Below, one piece after another: positions 37,588 to 46,725 of a stretch of 64,000 bases of DNA. Within the stretch, counting starts at the first letter, position 1, and each line of letters opens with the position of its first letter. The notes beneath the pieces are model-generated. The model was given only the letters and a program-made list of their open reading frames with translations, made no database searches and was not told the origin of the DNA. Source of the DNA: an uncultured Gaiellales bacterium (GTDB taxonomy: Bacteria; Actinomycetota; Thermoleophilia; Gaiellales; Gaiellaceae); the NCBI GenBank assembly GCA_964351025.1, contig CAYGLV010000002.1, forward strand, positions 20,454-84,453, in the 5' to 3' direction. Made by a program: the position numbers and the translations under genes.

Positions 37588-38583
37588 ATGCGAGCGAGGG
37601 CGTTCCTGATCGTCGGAGTGACAGTGGCCGTTGCCGCGGGCGCCGCGGCGGCAGGCGGCGTCGGTCCCACGCTTCCGGCGGCGCCGGCCGCGACCGTTGC
37701 TATCCCGTACGACTTCGAGATCGACGTCGCTACCGGCATTCCGGCGCCCCAGGTCGGGGTCCCGTCCTGCTCGGCGCCGGACGCCGGCGGCGTGCTCACG
37801 TGCACGGTCACCGGGGCGATCTCCAGCGGCGCGCGCAGCACGTATCTCACGGGAGCCGTGCGCCAGCCGAGCACCGGCCGCACGGGCACTCTGGAGGCGA
37901 TCTGCCGCTGGAGCGGAGACTTCCGCGCGACCGCGCGCGTGAGCGCGTCCCTGAGCGTGGAGCTGACGGCGCTGAGCGGCTCCGTCAGCCAGTCGTGCTC
38001 CTGGGCGGTCTGGATCCGCCACGCGGACACGGGGAAGGTCTCCGGGATCACCGGAAGCATGCGCGGCGGCGGCTCGCTTGCCCTCTCCGGGCCCGCGAGC
38101 GCGGCCTATGCCGGCACCCTCGACGTCTCCGTCGCCGGCGCGGGCACCGGCGAGTTCGCCGGGCTCGTCGGTGGTGGCACCTTCACCCACCGGCAGGAGG
38201 TCCCGGTGTCGTTCGGCGGCTACACGCTCAGCTCGTTCGAGGCTGCACGCTCCGAGCCGTCGCGCCTCCATCTCTCGTTACGCGAGGGAAAGCCGCGTGC
38301 GCTCGTGGACGCGCCGGGCGCACGGCTGAGCAAGCAGACGGACAGTGGCCTGCGCGTCGTGAGCGTCCCCGGCTCGTCGTGCGCGGCCATCGCGACAAAG
38401 GGCACGCGTCGCGTCAGCCTTGGGCTCGCCCGCGACGGCAACCGCGACGGCCTCGTCGTCGTCGTTCAACGGCTGCGGCCAAAGCTCGCACCCGGGCGGT
38501 GGACGATCGCGGTCACGTGCACCTACCGCGTTGGCGGTAAGGCGAAGACCGCGCTCGCGCGGGTGGCCGTAGCCGTCTCCTAG
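37588..38583 (+). CDS. secreted hypothetical protein (331 aa, signal peptide, no family recognised)
   Basis: MRARAFLIVGVTVAVAAGAAAAGG signal peptide. GGAGGAGGGG RBS. S/T/G/A-rich, beta-like sequence. Confidence 0.6.
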   Translation: MRARAFLIVGVTVAVAAGAAAAGGVGPTLPAAPAATVAIPYDFEIDVATGIPAPQVGVPSCSAPDAGGVLTCTVTGAISSGARSTYLTGAVRQPSTGRTGTLEAICRWSGDFRATARVSASLSVELTALSGSVSQSCSWAVWIRHADTGKVSGITGSMRGGGSLALSGPASAAYAGTLDVSVAGAGTGEFAGLVGGGTFTHRQEVPVSFGGYTLSSFEAARSEPSRLHLSLREGKPRALVDAPGARLSKQTDSGLRVVSVPGSSCAAIATKGTRRVSLGLARDGNRDGLVVVVQRLRPKLAPGRWTIAVTCTYRVGGKAKTALARVAVAVS

Positions 38584-39656
38584 CGCGCCGGCAGCGCGCG
38601 CAGGTACTGCGGCGGGACGTAGGCGGTCGCACCGAGCTCGGCCGCCGCGCGCCAGGCCCAGCGTGGGTCGTAGAGCATGCCCCGCGCCAGCGCGACCATG
38701 TCGGCCTGGCCCGAAGCGACGATCTCCTCCGCGTGACGCGGCTCGGTGATCAGCCCGACGGCGATCGTGGGGATGCCCGAGGACGATCTGATCGCCGCGG
38801 CGAGGGGCACCTGGTACCCGGGCCCGACCGGGACCGACTGGCGCGGCGAGACGCCGCCGCTCGACGCGTCGATCCAGTCGACTCCGAGCCGTCGCAGCTC
38901 CTCGGCGAGGACGAGCGTCTGGTCGACGTCCCAGCCCCCCTCGATCCAGTCGGTCGCCGAGACGCGAACGCCCAGCGGGCGCTCTTCGGGCCAGGCGTCG
39001 CGAACGGCCGCGACGACCTCGAGCGGGAAGCGCATCCTGTTCTCCAGCGAGCCTCCGTAGGCGTCGTCCCTGCGGTTCGCGAGCGGCGAGAGGAACTCGT
39101 GCAGCAGGTACCCGTGCGCCGCGTGGAGCTCGATCGCGTCGAACCCGAGCCGCTCCGCCCGCTCGGCCGCGCGGGCGAACGCCTCCACGAGCTGCGGCAG
39201 CTCGCCGGCCGGCAGCGCGCGCGGGGCGAGCTCGCCGTCGGCGTGCGGCACGGCCGACGGCGCGACGCATTCCCACCGACCCTCCTCGGGGGTGAGCTGT
39301 CCGCCTCCGTCCCACGGGCGGCGGTTCGACGCCTTGCGGCCGGCGTGAGCGAGCTGGATCGCGAGCGGGATCTGTGAGTGCCGGCGCACGACCTCGAGCA
39401 CGCGGCGAAGGGCGGTCTCGTTCGCGTCGCTCCAGAGACCGAGGCAGTCGGGAGTGATCCGGCCGGCGGGATCGACGGCCGTCGCCTCGAGGACCAGGAG
39501 GCCGGCGCCGCCGAGGGCGAGCTGGCCGAGGTGGATCACGTGCCAGTCGCTCGCGTCGCCCTCGACCGCCGAGTACTGGCACATCGGCGAGACCACGATC
39601 CGGTTCGGGAGCGTCAGGTCGCGCAGGCGGATCGGCTCGAAGAGTGCGCTGGGCAC
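38580..39656 (-). CDS. NADH:flavin oxidoreductase, Old Yellow Enzyme family
   Basis: LTLPNRIVVSPMCQY, QLAHAGRKAS, HAAHGYLLHEFLSP. Confidence 0.88.
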   Translation of the reverse strand: MPSALFEPIRLRDLTLPNRIVVSPMCQYSAVEGDASDWHVIHLGQLALGGAGLLVLEATAVDPAGRITPDCLGLWSDANETALRRVLEVVRRHSQIPLAIQLAHAGRKASNRRPWDGGGQLTPEEGRWECVAPSAVPHADGELAPRALPAGELPQLVEAFARAAERAERLGFDAIELHAAHGYLLHEFLSPLANRRDDAYGGSLENRMRFPLEVVAAVRDAWPEERPLGVRVSATDWIEGGWDVDQTLVLAEELRRLGVDWIDASSGGVSPRQSVPVGPGYQVPLAAAIRSSSGIPTIAVGLITEPRHAEEIVASGQADMVALARGMLYDPRWAWRAAAELGATAYVPPQYLRALPAR

Positions 39657-39665
39657 AGGATCGTC

Positions 39666-40565
39666 CTAGAGGTCGAGCAGGGCGGGGCCGAGGCGCCGCA
39701 GCGCTTCGACTCCGAGGGCGTCGGCCCCGCGGCCGATCGGCTGGATGCAGACGTGGTCCGCGCCCGCTTCGAGATGCTCGAGGACGCGTCCGCGGACTGC
39801 CGCCTCGTCGCCCCAGGCGACCAGCGCATCGACGAGCTCGTCACTGCCGCCGCCGGCGAGATCGTCCTCGGTGAAGCCGAGCCACCGGAGATTGTCGGTG
39901 TAGTTGGGCAGCGTCAGGTACCAGGCAAGCGCCTCGCGGCCGAGCCTGCGCGCCTCGCCCGGATCGTCTTCCAGCAGCACGAACAGCTCGGTCGCGAGCA
40001 GCTTCTTGGGTCCCAGGATCGAGCGGGCCCTGAGCGTGTGCTCGACCGGCACGAGATACGGATGCGCACCGTCGGCCAGTGTCGCCGCCAGTTCCAGCAT
40101 TGCCGGCCGGAGAGCGCCGAGCAGGCGCGGGAACGGCGCCTCCGGTCTCGGGCCCATGTACTCGGCAGCGTCCATCGCCTCGAGGTACGCGCGCATGGTC
40201 GCCACCGGCTTCCCGTAGGAGTGCCCGCGGTGGTCGACCTGGGGTGGGTGACTGACCCCCAGCCCCAGCACGAAGCGGCCGGGATACGCCTCTGCCAGCG
40301 CGTTCGCGCCGGCAACCATGGCCATCGGGTCGCGCACCCAGATGTTGGCAATGCCGCTGGCGATCACCAGCCGCCGCGTCGCCGCGAGCAGCAGCGCCCC
40401 GTGGCTGAGCGACTCCTTGCCGTTGTGCGCCTCGCTGTACCAGAGGGCCCCGTACCCGAGCTCCTCGATCTCGGCCGCCACCTCCCGCTCGACTGCGGCG
40501 GGCGCCCAGCCGAGCGCTCCGAGCCAGACGCCGACGCGTCCGAAGGTATGGGCCGACGGTGACAT
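39666..40565 (-). CDS. LLM-class (luciferase-like), probably F420-dependent, oxidoreductase
   Basis: GVWLGALG, LGYGALWYSE, FVLGLGVSH. ATG at 40565. Confidence 0.75.
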   Translation of the reverse strand: MSPSAHTFGRVGVWLGALGWAPAAVEREVAAEIEELGYGALWYSEAHNGKESLSHGALLLAATRRLVIASGIANIWVRDPMAMVAGANALAEAYPGRFVLGLGVSHPPQVDHRGHSYGKPVATMRAYLEAMDAAEYMGPRPEAPFPRLLGALRPAMLELAATLADGAHPYLVPVEHTLRARSILGPKKLLATELFVLLEDDPGEARRLGREALAWYLTLPNYTDNLRWLGFTEDDLAGGGSDELVDALVAWGDEAAVRGRVLEHLEAGADHVCIQPIGRGADALGVEALRRLGPALLDL

Positions 40566-40570
40566 CCCGC

Positions 40571-41449
40571 TCAGTCTAGGGACATCTCGCTGCCGTCCCG
40601 GAGGAACGTGAAGACCTCCGTGTGGTCGCTGCCGGGCCGGTCGGCCTCCAGCGCGTCCCACAGTGCGGAGACGGTGGCGCCGATCGTGCGCGGAGTCCCC
40701 GCGGCGGCCACCGCCTCGGAGAACAGGCGCACGTCCTTGGCCATCAGGTGGGTGGCGAAGCCCGAGTCGAACGTGCCGGTCAGCACCCTGTTCACGTACT
40801 TGTCCGACGACGCGTGGCTGCGTCCGGTCGAGACGTTCACGACGTCGAGAATCGTCTTCAGCTCGAGCCCCTGAGACAGGCCGAACAGCACGGCCTCGCC
40901 GGTGGCGGCCGTCGCCGTCGCCGACAGGAAGTTATTGAGCAGCTTCAGGGCCTGGCCCTGCCCCGCCTCCGTGCCGACGTGAAAGACGTGCTTCGCGATC
41001 GCTGCGAGCGCGGGGCGGTTCGACTCCAGCAGCTCGGCCGGGCCGGCCCACATGATCGAGATCGTCCCGTCTATCGCGCCGCTCCGCCCGCCGGAGACCG
41101 GAGCGTCGACGTAGGTCAGGCCCGCGCTGTGGGCGCGGTCGCAGGCAGTGCGCGCGGCCTCGATCCCGATGGTCGACAGATCGACGACCGCGCGCGTGAC
41201 ACGCCCGGGCGCCGCGCCGATCTCCTCCAGCACGTCCAACACGACCGGCCCGTCGGGGAGGCTGAGGAAGACCGTCTCGGCCGCCGCGGCGACGGCGGCG
41301 GTGGAGCTCGCGACGCGCGCTCCGGCCGGCGCCCGGGCGGCCGTGCCGGCCTTGTCGAAGACGACGAGGTCCACGCCCGAGCGAGCGAGGTTCGCCGCCA
41401 TCGGCCCGCCCATGTTGCCCAGGCCGACGAAGCCGTACGCCGCCGTCAT
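40571..41449 (-). CDS. NAD(P)-dependent beta-hydroxyacid dehydrogenase (3-hydroxyisobutyrate dehydrogenase family)
   Basis: GFVGLGNMGGPMAANL, DAPVSGG, KLLNNFL. Confidence 0.85.
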   Translation of the reverse strand: MTAAYGFVGLGNMGGPMAANLARSGVDLVVFDKAGTAARAPAGARVASSTAAVAAAAETVFLSLPDGPVVLDVLEEIGAAPGRVTRAVVDLSTIGIEAARTACDRAHSAGLTYVDAPVSGGRSGAIDGTISIMWAGPAELLESNRPALAAIAKHVFHVGTEAGQGQALKLLNNFLSATATAATGEAVLFGLSQGLELKTILDVVNVSTGRSHASSDKYVNRVLTGTFDSGFATHLMAKDVRLFSEAVAAAGTPRTIGATVSALWDALEADRPGSDHTEVFTFLRDGSEMSLD

Positions 41450-41841
41450 GTCGCTCCCCCGGGTTCGATTCCCTGCTCGTCCAGCACCTCGCGTGCGAGG
41501 CGAAACGCCTCGACCCCCGCCGGTATCCCGCAGTAGACCGTGATCTGCAGCAGTACCTCCTTCAGCTCGTCGAGCGTGCAGCCGTTGGTCAGCGCGCCGC
41601 GAAAGTGGAGCTTGAATTCGTGCGGCCGGTTCAGCGCGGAGAGCATGCCGAGATTCAGCATGCTGCGCGTCTTCCGCTCCAGCACGCCGCGGGCCCAGGT
41701 TCCGCCCCAGCAGAACTCGGTCGTCAGCTCCTGGAGCTCGCGGTTGAAGCTGTCAGCGGCGGCGAGGGCCTTGTCGACGTACTCCGCTCCCAAGACCTCG
41801 CGCCTCACCGTCAGCCCCGCTTCGAAGCGTTCCCTGGACAT
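41446..41841 (-). CDS. carboxymuconolactone decarboxylase (CMD/AhpD-fold) family protein
   Basis: FCWGGTWAR..L..KTRSMLNLGMLSALNRPHEFKLHFRGALTNGCT..E..EVLLQITVYCGIPAG. Confidence 0.85.
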   Translation of the reverse strand: MSRERFEAGLTVRREVLGAEYVDKALAAADSFNRELQELTTEFCWGGTWARGVLERKTRSMLNLGMLSALNRPHEFKLHFRGALTNGCTLDELKEVLLQITVYCGIPAGVEAFRLAREVLDEQGIEPGGAT

Positions 41842-41892
41842 ATGCCCTCCCGCGTCGTCGTGTTCTGCGCTCTCAGGCGCACTCTAGGCCTG

Positions 41893-42510
41893 TCACTCTC
41901 CCGCGGGAGCATCCATGAGCCCCAGCTGCGCGAAGGCCTGCTCGAAGATCGCGTCGGGCTGGGCGCCCAGCACGATCAGGCGCCGGTCGAGCAGGAACGC
42001 GGGGATGGCATTGATCCCGATCGTGTTGGCCTGGGCGGTCGCCTGCGCGATCTGCTCCGCATGCAGGTCGCCGCTGATCGAGGCTTCGGCGCCCTCGAGC
42101 CCGAGCTCCGCGGCGAGCGTGCGCAGGACGTCCGGGTCACCGATGTTCAGTGCCTCCTCCCAGTACGCCTGCATGAGCCGGTCGTGGGTGAGGGCGTGCT
42201 TCCCCTGGGCTCGCGCCAGCTCGGTCAGGCGGAGCGCCGCGTGGGAGTTCGGCACGACGTCGGGCGGCGGGTTGTAGACGAGGTCGTCCCGTTCGAACGC
42301 TCGCTCCAGATTCAGGTGGAAGTCCGCTCCGTAGCGCGCAATCAGCTCGGTGCGGGGGATGCCCTTCGGCGGGTACTCGGGGTGCAGGTCGAAGGGCAGC
42401 CACTCGATCTCGGCGCCGAACCGGCGCTCGAGCCGCTCGGCCGTACGCTGGCCGATGCGGCAGAAGGGTCAGATGTAGTCCGACCAGATCAGGATCGCGT
42501 GGTCTGCCAC
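41893..42510 (-). CDS. DsbA/FrnE-like thiol:disulfide oxidoreductase with an in-frame TGA (42469-42471) at the first Cys of the CxxC motif; candidate selenoprotein (U-P-F-C), otherwise a single-hit pseudogene
   Basis: The minus strand from GTG 42510 reads VADHAILIWSDYI-TGA-PFCRIGQRTAERLERRFGAEIEWLPFDLHPEYPPKG... It continues in frame, with no other stop, into the track ORF 41893..42255 (NAIPAFLLDRRLIVLGAQ). Confidence 0.6.
42432..42461 (-). other. SECIS-like stem-loop starting 8 nt 3' of the in-frame UGA
   Basis: The RNA is GCCGC-A-UCGGCC-[AGCGUAC]-GGCCGA-GCGGC: 11 bp with one bulged A and a 7-nt loop containing GU. The loop begins about 19 nt after the UGA. Confidence 0.45.
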
Positions 42511-42519
42511 AGGCGCAGA

Positions 42520-43446
42520 CTAGCGAGGCCGCCCGGAGGCCTCGAGGGCCTTGACGAGCGCGGTGACGGTCTCGTTCACCGGGGCAGCGACCCCCACGCT
42601 CCGCGCAACCCGTGGAATCGCGCCGTTGATCACGTCGATCTCGCAGCGACGCCTGGCCCTCAGATCGAGGAGGAGCGACGGGCGGGCGTGCGGGATCCGG
42701 AGACCGAACGCGCGGGCGTACTCGACGGGGTCGTCGAAGGAGAGGTCGATCCGGAGCGCGCGGGCGACGTCGTAGGCCTCGACGGCGCATTGCGAGGCGA
42801 CCGCCCAGGCATGCGGATCGGCGAGCACCTCGCCGATCGTCCGGTCGAGCACGGCGCACGTTCCGCTGAAGCACACGTTGCAGAGCAGCTTCTCCCAGAC
42901 GAGCGGGCCGACATCGTCGTAGGTCTTGACGTTGAAACCCGCTGCGCGCCAGACCGCGGCGACGCGCTCGAGCCGCACGGAGGAGGGTCCCTGGCGCTCG
43001 CCGAGGCGCACGAGCTCCATTCCCTCGTGGTGGACGTGCCCGGGTGCGACGACCGAGGCTCCGAAACCGCCTGCGACGCCGATCACGACCCGGTCGGGCC
43101 CGAAGATCTCGGCGACCGTGTCGGCGCTGCCCAGCCCGTTCTGGATCGGAAGCACGACGGTCTCGGCGCCGGCGAGCGAGAGGGCGGCGACGGAGGCGGC
43201 GCGCACGTCCATGGCCTTGGTCGAGACGACGATCAGGTCGACCTCGCCGACGTCTTCGGCCCGGGTCGTCGCCTTGATGCGAACGGTCCTGTCGCCGCTC
43301 GCTCCTTCGACACGGAGGCCGCGCTCGCGAATCGCCGCGACGTGCGCCTCCCATGTGTCGACGGCCCAGACCTCGTTGCCCGCGTCGCCCAGCAGGGCGG
43401 CGTAGACCGAGCCCATGGCGCCGGCACCGACAACGGCGATCCTCAT
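42520..43446 (-). CDS. 2-dehydropantoate 2-reductase (ApbA/PanE) family oxidoreductase
   Basis: MRIAVVGAGAMGSVYAALL, VSTKA, NGLG, EKLL.N motifs. ATG at 43446. Confidence 0.85.
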   Translation of the reverse strand: MRIAVVGAGAMGSVYAALLGDAGNEVWAVDTWEAHVAAIRERGLRVEGASGDRTVRIKATTRAEDVGEVDLIVVSTKAMDVRAASVAALSLAGAETVVLPIQNGLGSADTVAEIFGPDRVVIGVAGGFGASVVAPGHVHHEGMELVRLGERQGPSSVRLERVAAVWRAAGFNVKTYDDVGPLVWEKLLCNVCFSGTCAVLDRTIGEVLADPHAWAVASQCAVEAYDVARALRIDLSFDDPVEYARAFGLRIPHARPSLLLDLRARRRCEIDVINGAIPRVARSVGVAAPVNETVTALVKALEASGRPR

Positions 43447-43594
43447 CCCGGCGACCCTACCGGCCCGGTGCGCAGCGCCCACCACTCGTTGCTCGGTCGG
43501 CCTGAGGAAAGGCCGCAGCCCGATCCGGCCAATCACGGATGCACCCTCGTGTGTCCTTGTCGATCCTGGGAGTACCGCAACAGGAGGAAAGACC

Positions 43595-44272
43595 ATGAAA
43601 GTGCACGAGGCCATGACGACCGGTGTCGTTACGACAGGGCCGGACGTCTCGCTCAAGGACGCGGCGCTCGTGCTGGCGCAGAACCGCATCTCGGGAATGC
43701 CCGTCGTCGATGACGGGGGGGTCGTGGTGGGCGTTCTCTCCGAAGCCGACATCCTCGCGAAGGAGTCGCTGGTGGAGAGAGGCCGAAGAGGGTTCATGCG
43801 CCGGCTGCTCGACCCGCCCGACCCCTGGGTCGCATCCCGCTTCGGCGCAGTGACCGTCGGCGAGGCGATGTCCGCGCCGGCCGAGGTGATCGGCCCGGAG
43901 AGCGAGCTCGCCGCGGCAGCGACACGCATGCTCGAGAGCGCGATCAACCGCCTGCCGGTCGTCGGCCCCGGCGGAACGCTGATCGGGCTGATCAGCCGCG
44001 GCGACCTCGTGCGCGCCTTCGCGCGCTCGGACGAGGAGATCCTGCGCGAGATCGAGCAGAGCCTGCTGCGCGAGGCGCTCTGGATCGACCATCCCGACGA
44101 CGTCCATGTGGCCGTCGTCGACGGTGTGGTGACGCTGTCAGGCAAGGTCGAGTCCGCCGCGGACGCCGAGCTCCTGCCGCTGCACGTGCGGCGTGTGCCC
44201 GGCGTCGTCGCCGTCACGTCGAAGCTGACGGCTCGCGACGGGGAGGAGGAGCGCATCCGAGTCGGCGCCTGA
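43595..44272 (+). CDS. CBS-pair plus BON domain protein
   Basis: Two CBS repeats (ISGMPVVDDGG.VVGVLSEADI; INRLPVVGPGGTLIGLISRGDL) and a C-terminal BON (VVTLSGKVES...VPGVVAV). AGGAGG RBS. Confidence 0.8.
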   Translation: MKVHEAMTTGVVTTGPDVSLKDAALVLAQNRISGMPVVDDGGVVVGVLSEADILAKESLVERGRRGFMRRLLDPPDPWVASRFGAVTVGEAMSAPAEVIGPESELAAAATRMLESAINRLPVVGPGGTLIGLISRGDLVRAFARSDEEILREIEQSLLREALWIDHPDDVHVAVVDGVVTLSGKVESAADAELLPLHVRRVPGVVAVTSKLTARDGEEERIRVGA

Positions 44273-44324
44273 CGGCTCCCGAAGAGAGCGCTCGGTCTGA
44301 CCGCGGCTCGATAGGCTCGCGAGG

Positions 44325-45218
44325 GTGCGCCGCGCTCCCGCAGAGGGCCTCCTGCTCGTCACCGTGCTCCTCTGGAGCTTCAACTTCACAGCCCTCCGCT
44401 TCGGCATCACCCACGGCTTCGCGCCGCTCGCCTATGCGCCGGTTCGCTGGGGCCTGGCGGGGATCGCCCTCGCGGCCCTCGCGCGCTGGCGGAGACACAG
44501 CCTGCGGGTCGGCCGGCGGGACTTCGCGATCCTCGCCGCCGCCTCTGCCGTGGGCGTCTTCGTCAACCAGATCTCGTTCGTCTACGCGCTGCACCTCGTC
44601 TCGGCCTCGACGGTGGCGCTCGTCTTCGGAACGCTTCCGATCTTCGTCTCGCTGATCTCGCAACTGAGCGGCATGGAGCGGCTGCGACTGCAGCACTGGA
44701 TCGCGACCGGCGTCTCGTTCGCAGGCGTCGGGCTCGTCGCGCTCGGGGCGCCGGGCGGGCTCTCGGCCAGCGCAGCCGGCATCCTGCTCGCTCTCGTCAC
44801 GACCTCGACGTTCGCGATCTACTCCGTCGCGATCGTCCCGGTGATGAAGCGCAACTCGCCCCTCGTCGTCAACGCCGTCAGCGCTCTGATCGGCGCCGCG
44901 CTCCTCGCCGCCTTCTCTGCCCCGGTGCTCGCCCGTGAGAGCTGGGGCGAGCCGGGCGCGCTTGCCTGGGGTGCCCTGCTCTACAGCGCCCTCATCTCGG
45001 TGGCGCTCGGCAATCTCTTCTGGTTCATGGCGATCGACCGCGTCGGGCCGGGGCGGGCCTCCCTCTTCGCGAACCTCCAGCCCTTCCTCGGCGCGCTCTT
45101 CGCTGTCCTCGTCCTCTCGGAGACCTTGCGCGCGGGGCAGATTGCGGGCGGCTGTGTGATCGCCCTGGGGATCATCCTCGGTCGCAGGGCGCGTCTCACC
45201 GCACCGCCCTCCGAGTGA
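44325..45218 (+). CDS. DMT superfamily (EamA) transporter
   Basis: 10-TM-like profile made of two EamA repeats. Confidence 0.75.
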   Translation: MRRAPAEGLLLVTVLLWSFNFTALRFGITHGFAPLAYAPVRWGLAGIALAALARWRRHSLRVGRRDFAILAAASAVGVFVNQISFVYALHLVSASTVALVFGTLPIFVSLISQLSGMERLRLQHWIATGVSFAGVGLVALGAPGGLSASAAGILLALVTTSTFAIYSVAIVPVMKRNSPLVVNAVSALIGAALLAAFSAPVLARESWGEPGALAWGALLYSALISVALGNLFWFMAIDRVGPGRASLFANLQPFLGALFAVLVLSETLRAGQIAGGCVIALGIILGRRARLTAPPSE

Positions 45219-45235
45219 GCCGGCGGGATCGCCGG

Positions 45236-45979
45236 CTAGCGGTGCAACAAGCGGGCGGCGTTGCCGCCGAGGATCTGGTCCTTGGCGGCTTCGTCGAGGT
45301 TCGGCGCCCACTGCACGCGCCGGATCTCGAGGCGCGGATCGAGATAGGGGAACGCGCTGGCGAAGAGGACCCGCTCGGGGCCGAGCCGGGCTGCAATCCC
45401 CTCGATGAAGTCCTCCCGGTACACGCCTGCCGTCTGGACCACGAGGTTCGCGTTCGCTTGCAGGGCGAGCTCGGCGTCCTGCTGGCCGAGGCCCGACATG
45501 TTGATCTGGGCCCCATTCGTCGCGACGAAGGTCACCTCCGGGAAGCGGCGGGCGAGCTCGCCGACCTGAAGCCCCTCGGACAGCCACGGGTAGCCACTGG
45601 CGACGATCACCGGCAGGCCGAGGCGCTGCGCGGCCGCGACGACGGGGTCGACGATCGGTGCGCTGATGCAGAACGTCTCCTCCCACGGATGCAGAAAGAG
45701 CCCTTGCAGCCCGGCCGCGGTTGCGCGCTCGAGCTCCGCGACTGCTGCAGCGCCCAGCCACGGATCGACGCGGGCGAAGCCGGCGAGGCGCTCCGGATGA
45801 GCCTGCACCGCTTCCGCGACCGTGTCATTGGCGGCCTCGAGCCCGTAGCCGACCGGCTTCAGTGGGCAGACGACGGCGCGGTCGATGCCCAGCCCGTCCA
45901 GGCAGGCGATCAGCTCCGCCGCGCTCGCCCGCGGGCCGAACAGGGACTCGCCCACGAACGTGAGGGAGTCGGTGATCAC
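45236..45979 (-). CDS. amidohydrolase-2 (PF04909-like) family protein
   Basis: FLHPWEE, VIVASGYPW, VLFASAFPY. Its GTG at 45979 overlaps the upstream TGA. Confidence 0.7.
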   Translation of the reverse strand: MITDSLTFVGESLFGPRASAAELIACLDGLGIDRAVVCPLKPVGYGLEAANDTVAEAVQAHPERLAGFARVDPWLGAAAVAELERATAAGLQGLFLHPWEETFCISAPIVDPVVAAAQRLGLPVIVASGYPWLSEGLQVGELARRFPEVTFVATNGAQINMSGLGQQDAELALQANANLVVQTAGVYREDFIEGIAARLGPERVLFASAFPYLDPRLEIRRVQWAPNLDEAAKDQILGGNAARLLHR

Positions 45980-46716
45980 CTGACCGCCTCCAGCAGGCGC
46001 TGTGCGTTCAGGCCGAGCACGAGTGCCTCCGCGTGCGGGTCGAGCGCGGCGAGCCGGACCTTCTCCACCTCGAGCAACGGCGAGCAGGCAGGCCCGTCGC
46101 TCGCGTACAGGACTCGCTCCGGGCCGAGCCGCTCGACCGCCTCGCGGATCTTTGCCGGGTACGGCATCGCGGAGGTCTCGAGCAGAAGGTTCCCGTGCCT
46201 CTCGGCGACCGCGATCGCCTCGTCCACGTGGAAGTAGCCACCCATGTGGCCCAGGATGATCGTCGCCTCGGGGCAGGCCTCGGCGGCGCGGGCGATCGCA
46301 AGCGGCGTCGCCATCGGCTCGTCGCCGCAGTGGAAGAGCGTCGGAGCCGAGTGCGCAGCCGCAACGCGGATCAGACGCAGCGTGTCGTCCCCGGCGGGAT
46401 GCGCGATGGTCGTGACAGGGTGGAGCTTCAGGCCCTTGAAGCCGAGCTCCACGATCGCCCGCTCGAGGAGTGCGACCGCCTCGTCTCCGTACCAGGGGTG
46501 GATACGTGCGAATGCCTCCAGCCGGCCGGGGAACGCCGCGCACGCCTCGGCGATCAGCTCGAGCGCCCGAGGGTTCACCTCGGGGGCATCGACGATCGTC
46601 ATCACGATCCCCTTGGCGATCCCCGCCTCGTCCATGCGGCGCACGCACTCGGCGGCCTCCAGCGACCATCCGAGCGCCGGCAGATGGTCAACGTGCAGGT
46701 GGGCGTCGATAATCAC
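45976..46716 (-). CDS. amidohydrolase-2 (PF04909-like) family protein
   Basis: IIDAHLHV, GLKLHP, ILGHMGG, VLYASDGP. GTG at 46716. Confidence 0.75.
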   Translation of the reverse strand: MIIDAHLHVDHLPALGWSLEAAECVRRMDEAGIAKGIVMTIVDAPEVNPRALELIAEACAAFPGRLEAFARIHPWYGDEAVALLERAIVELGFKGLKLHPVTTIAHPAGDDTLRLIRVAAAHSAPTLFHCGDEPMATPLAIARAAEACPEATIILGHMGGYFHVDEAIAVAERHGNLLLETSAMPYPAKIREAVERLGPERVLYASDGPACSPLLEVEKVRLAALDPHAEALVLGLNAQRLLEAVR

Positions 46717-46725
46717 CAGACGATC

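Noticed and set aside
41893-42255. Treating the listed 120-aa ORF as a complete small gene.
   Set aside because: It begins at an internal GTG, in the middle of a DsbA fold. The 85 upstream in-frame codons encode the missing N-terminal half, with a single TGA at the CxxC Cys. See the finding at 41893..42510.
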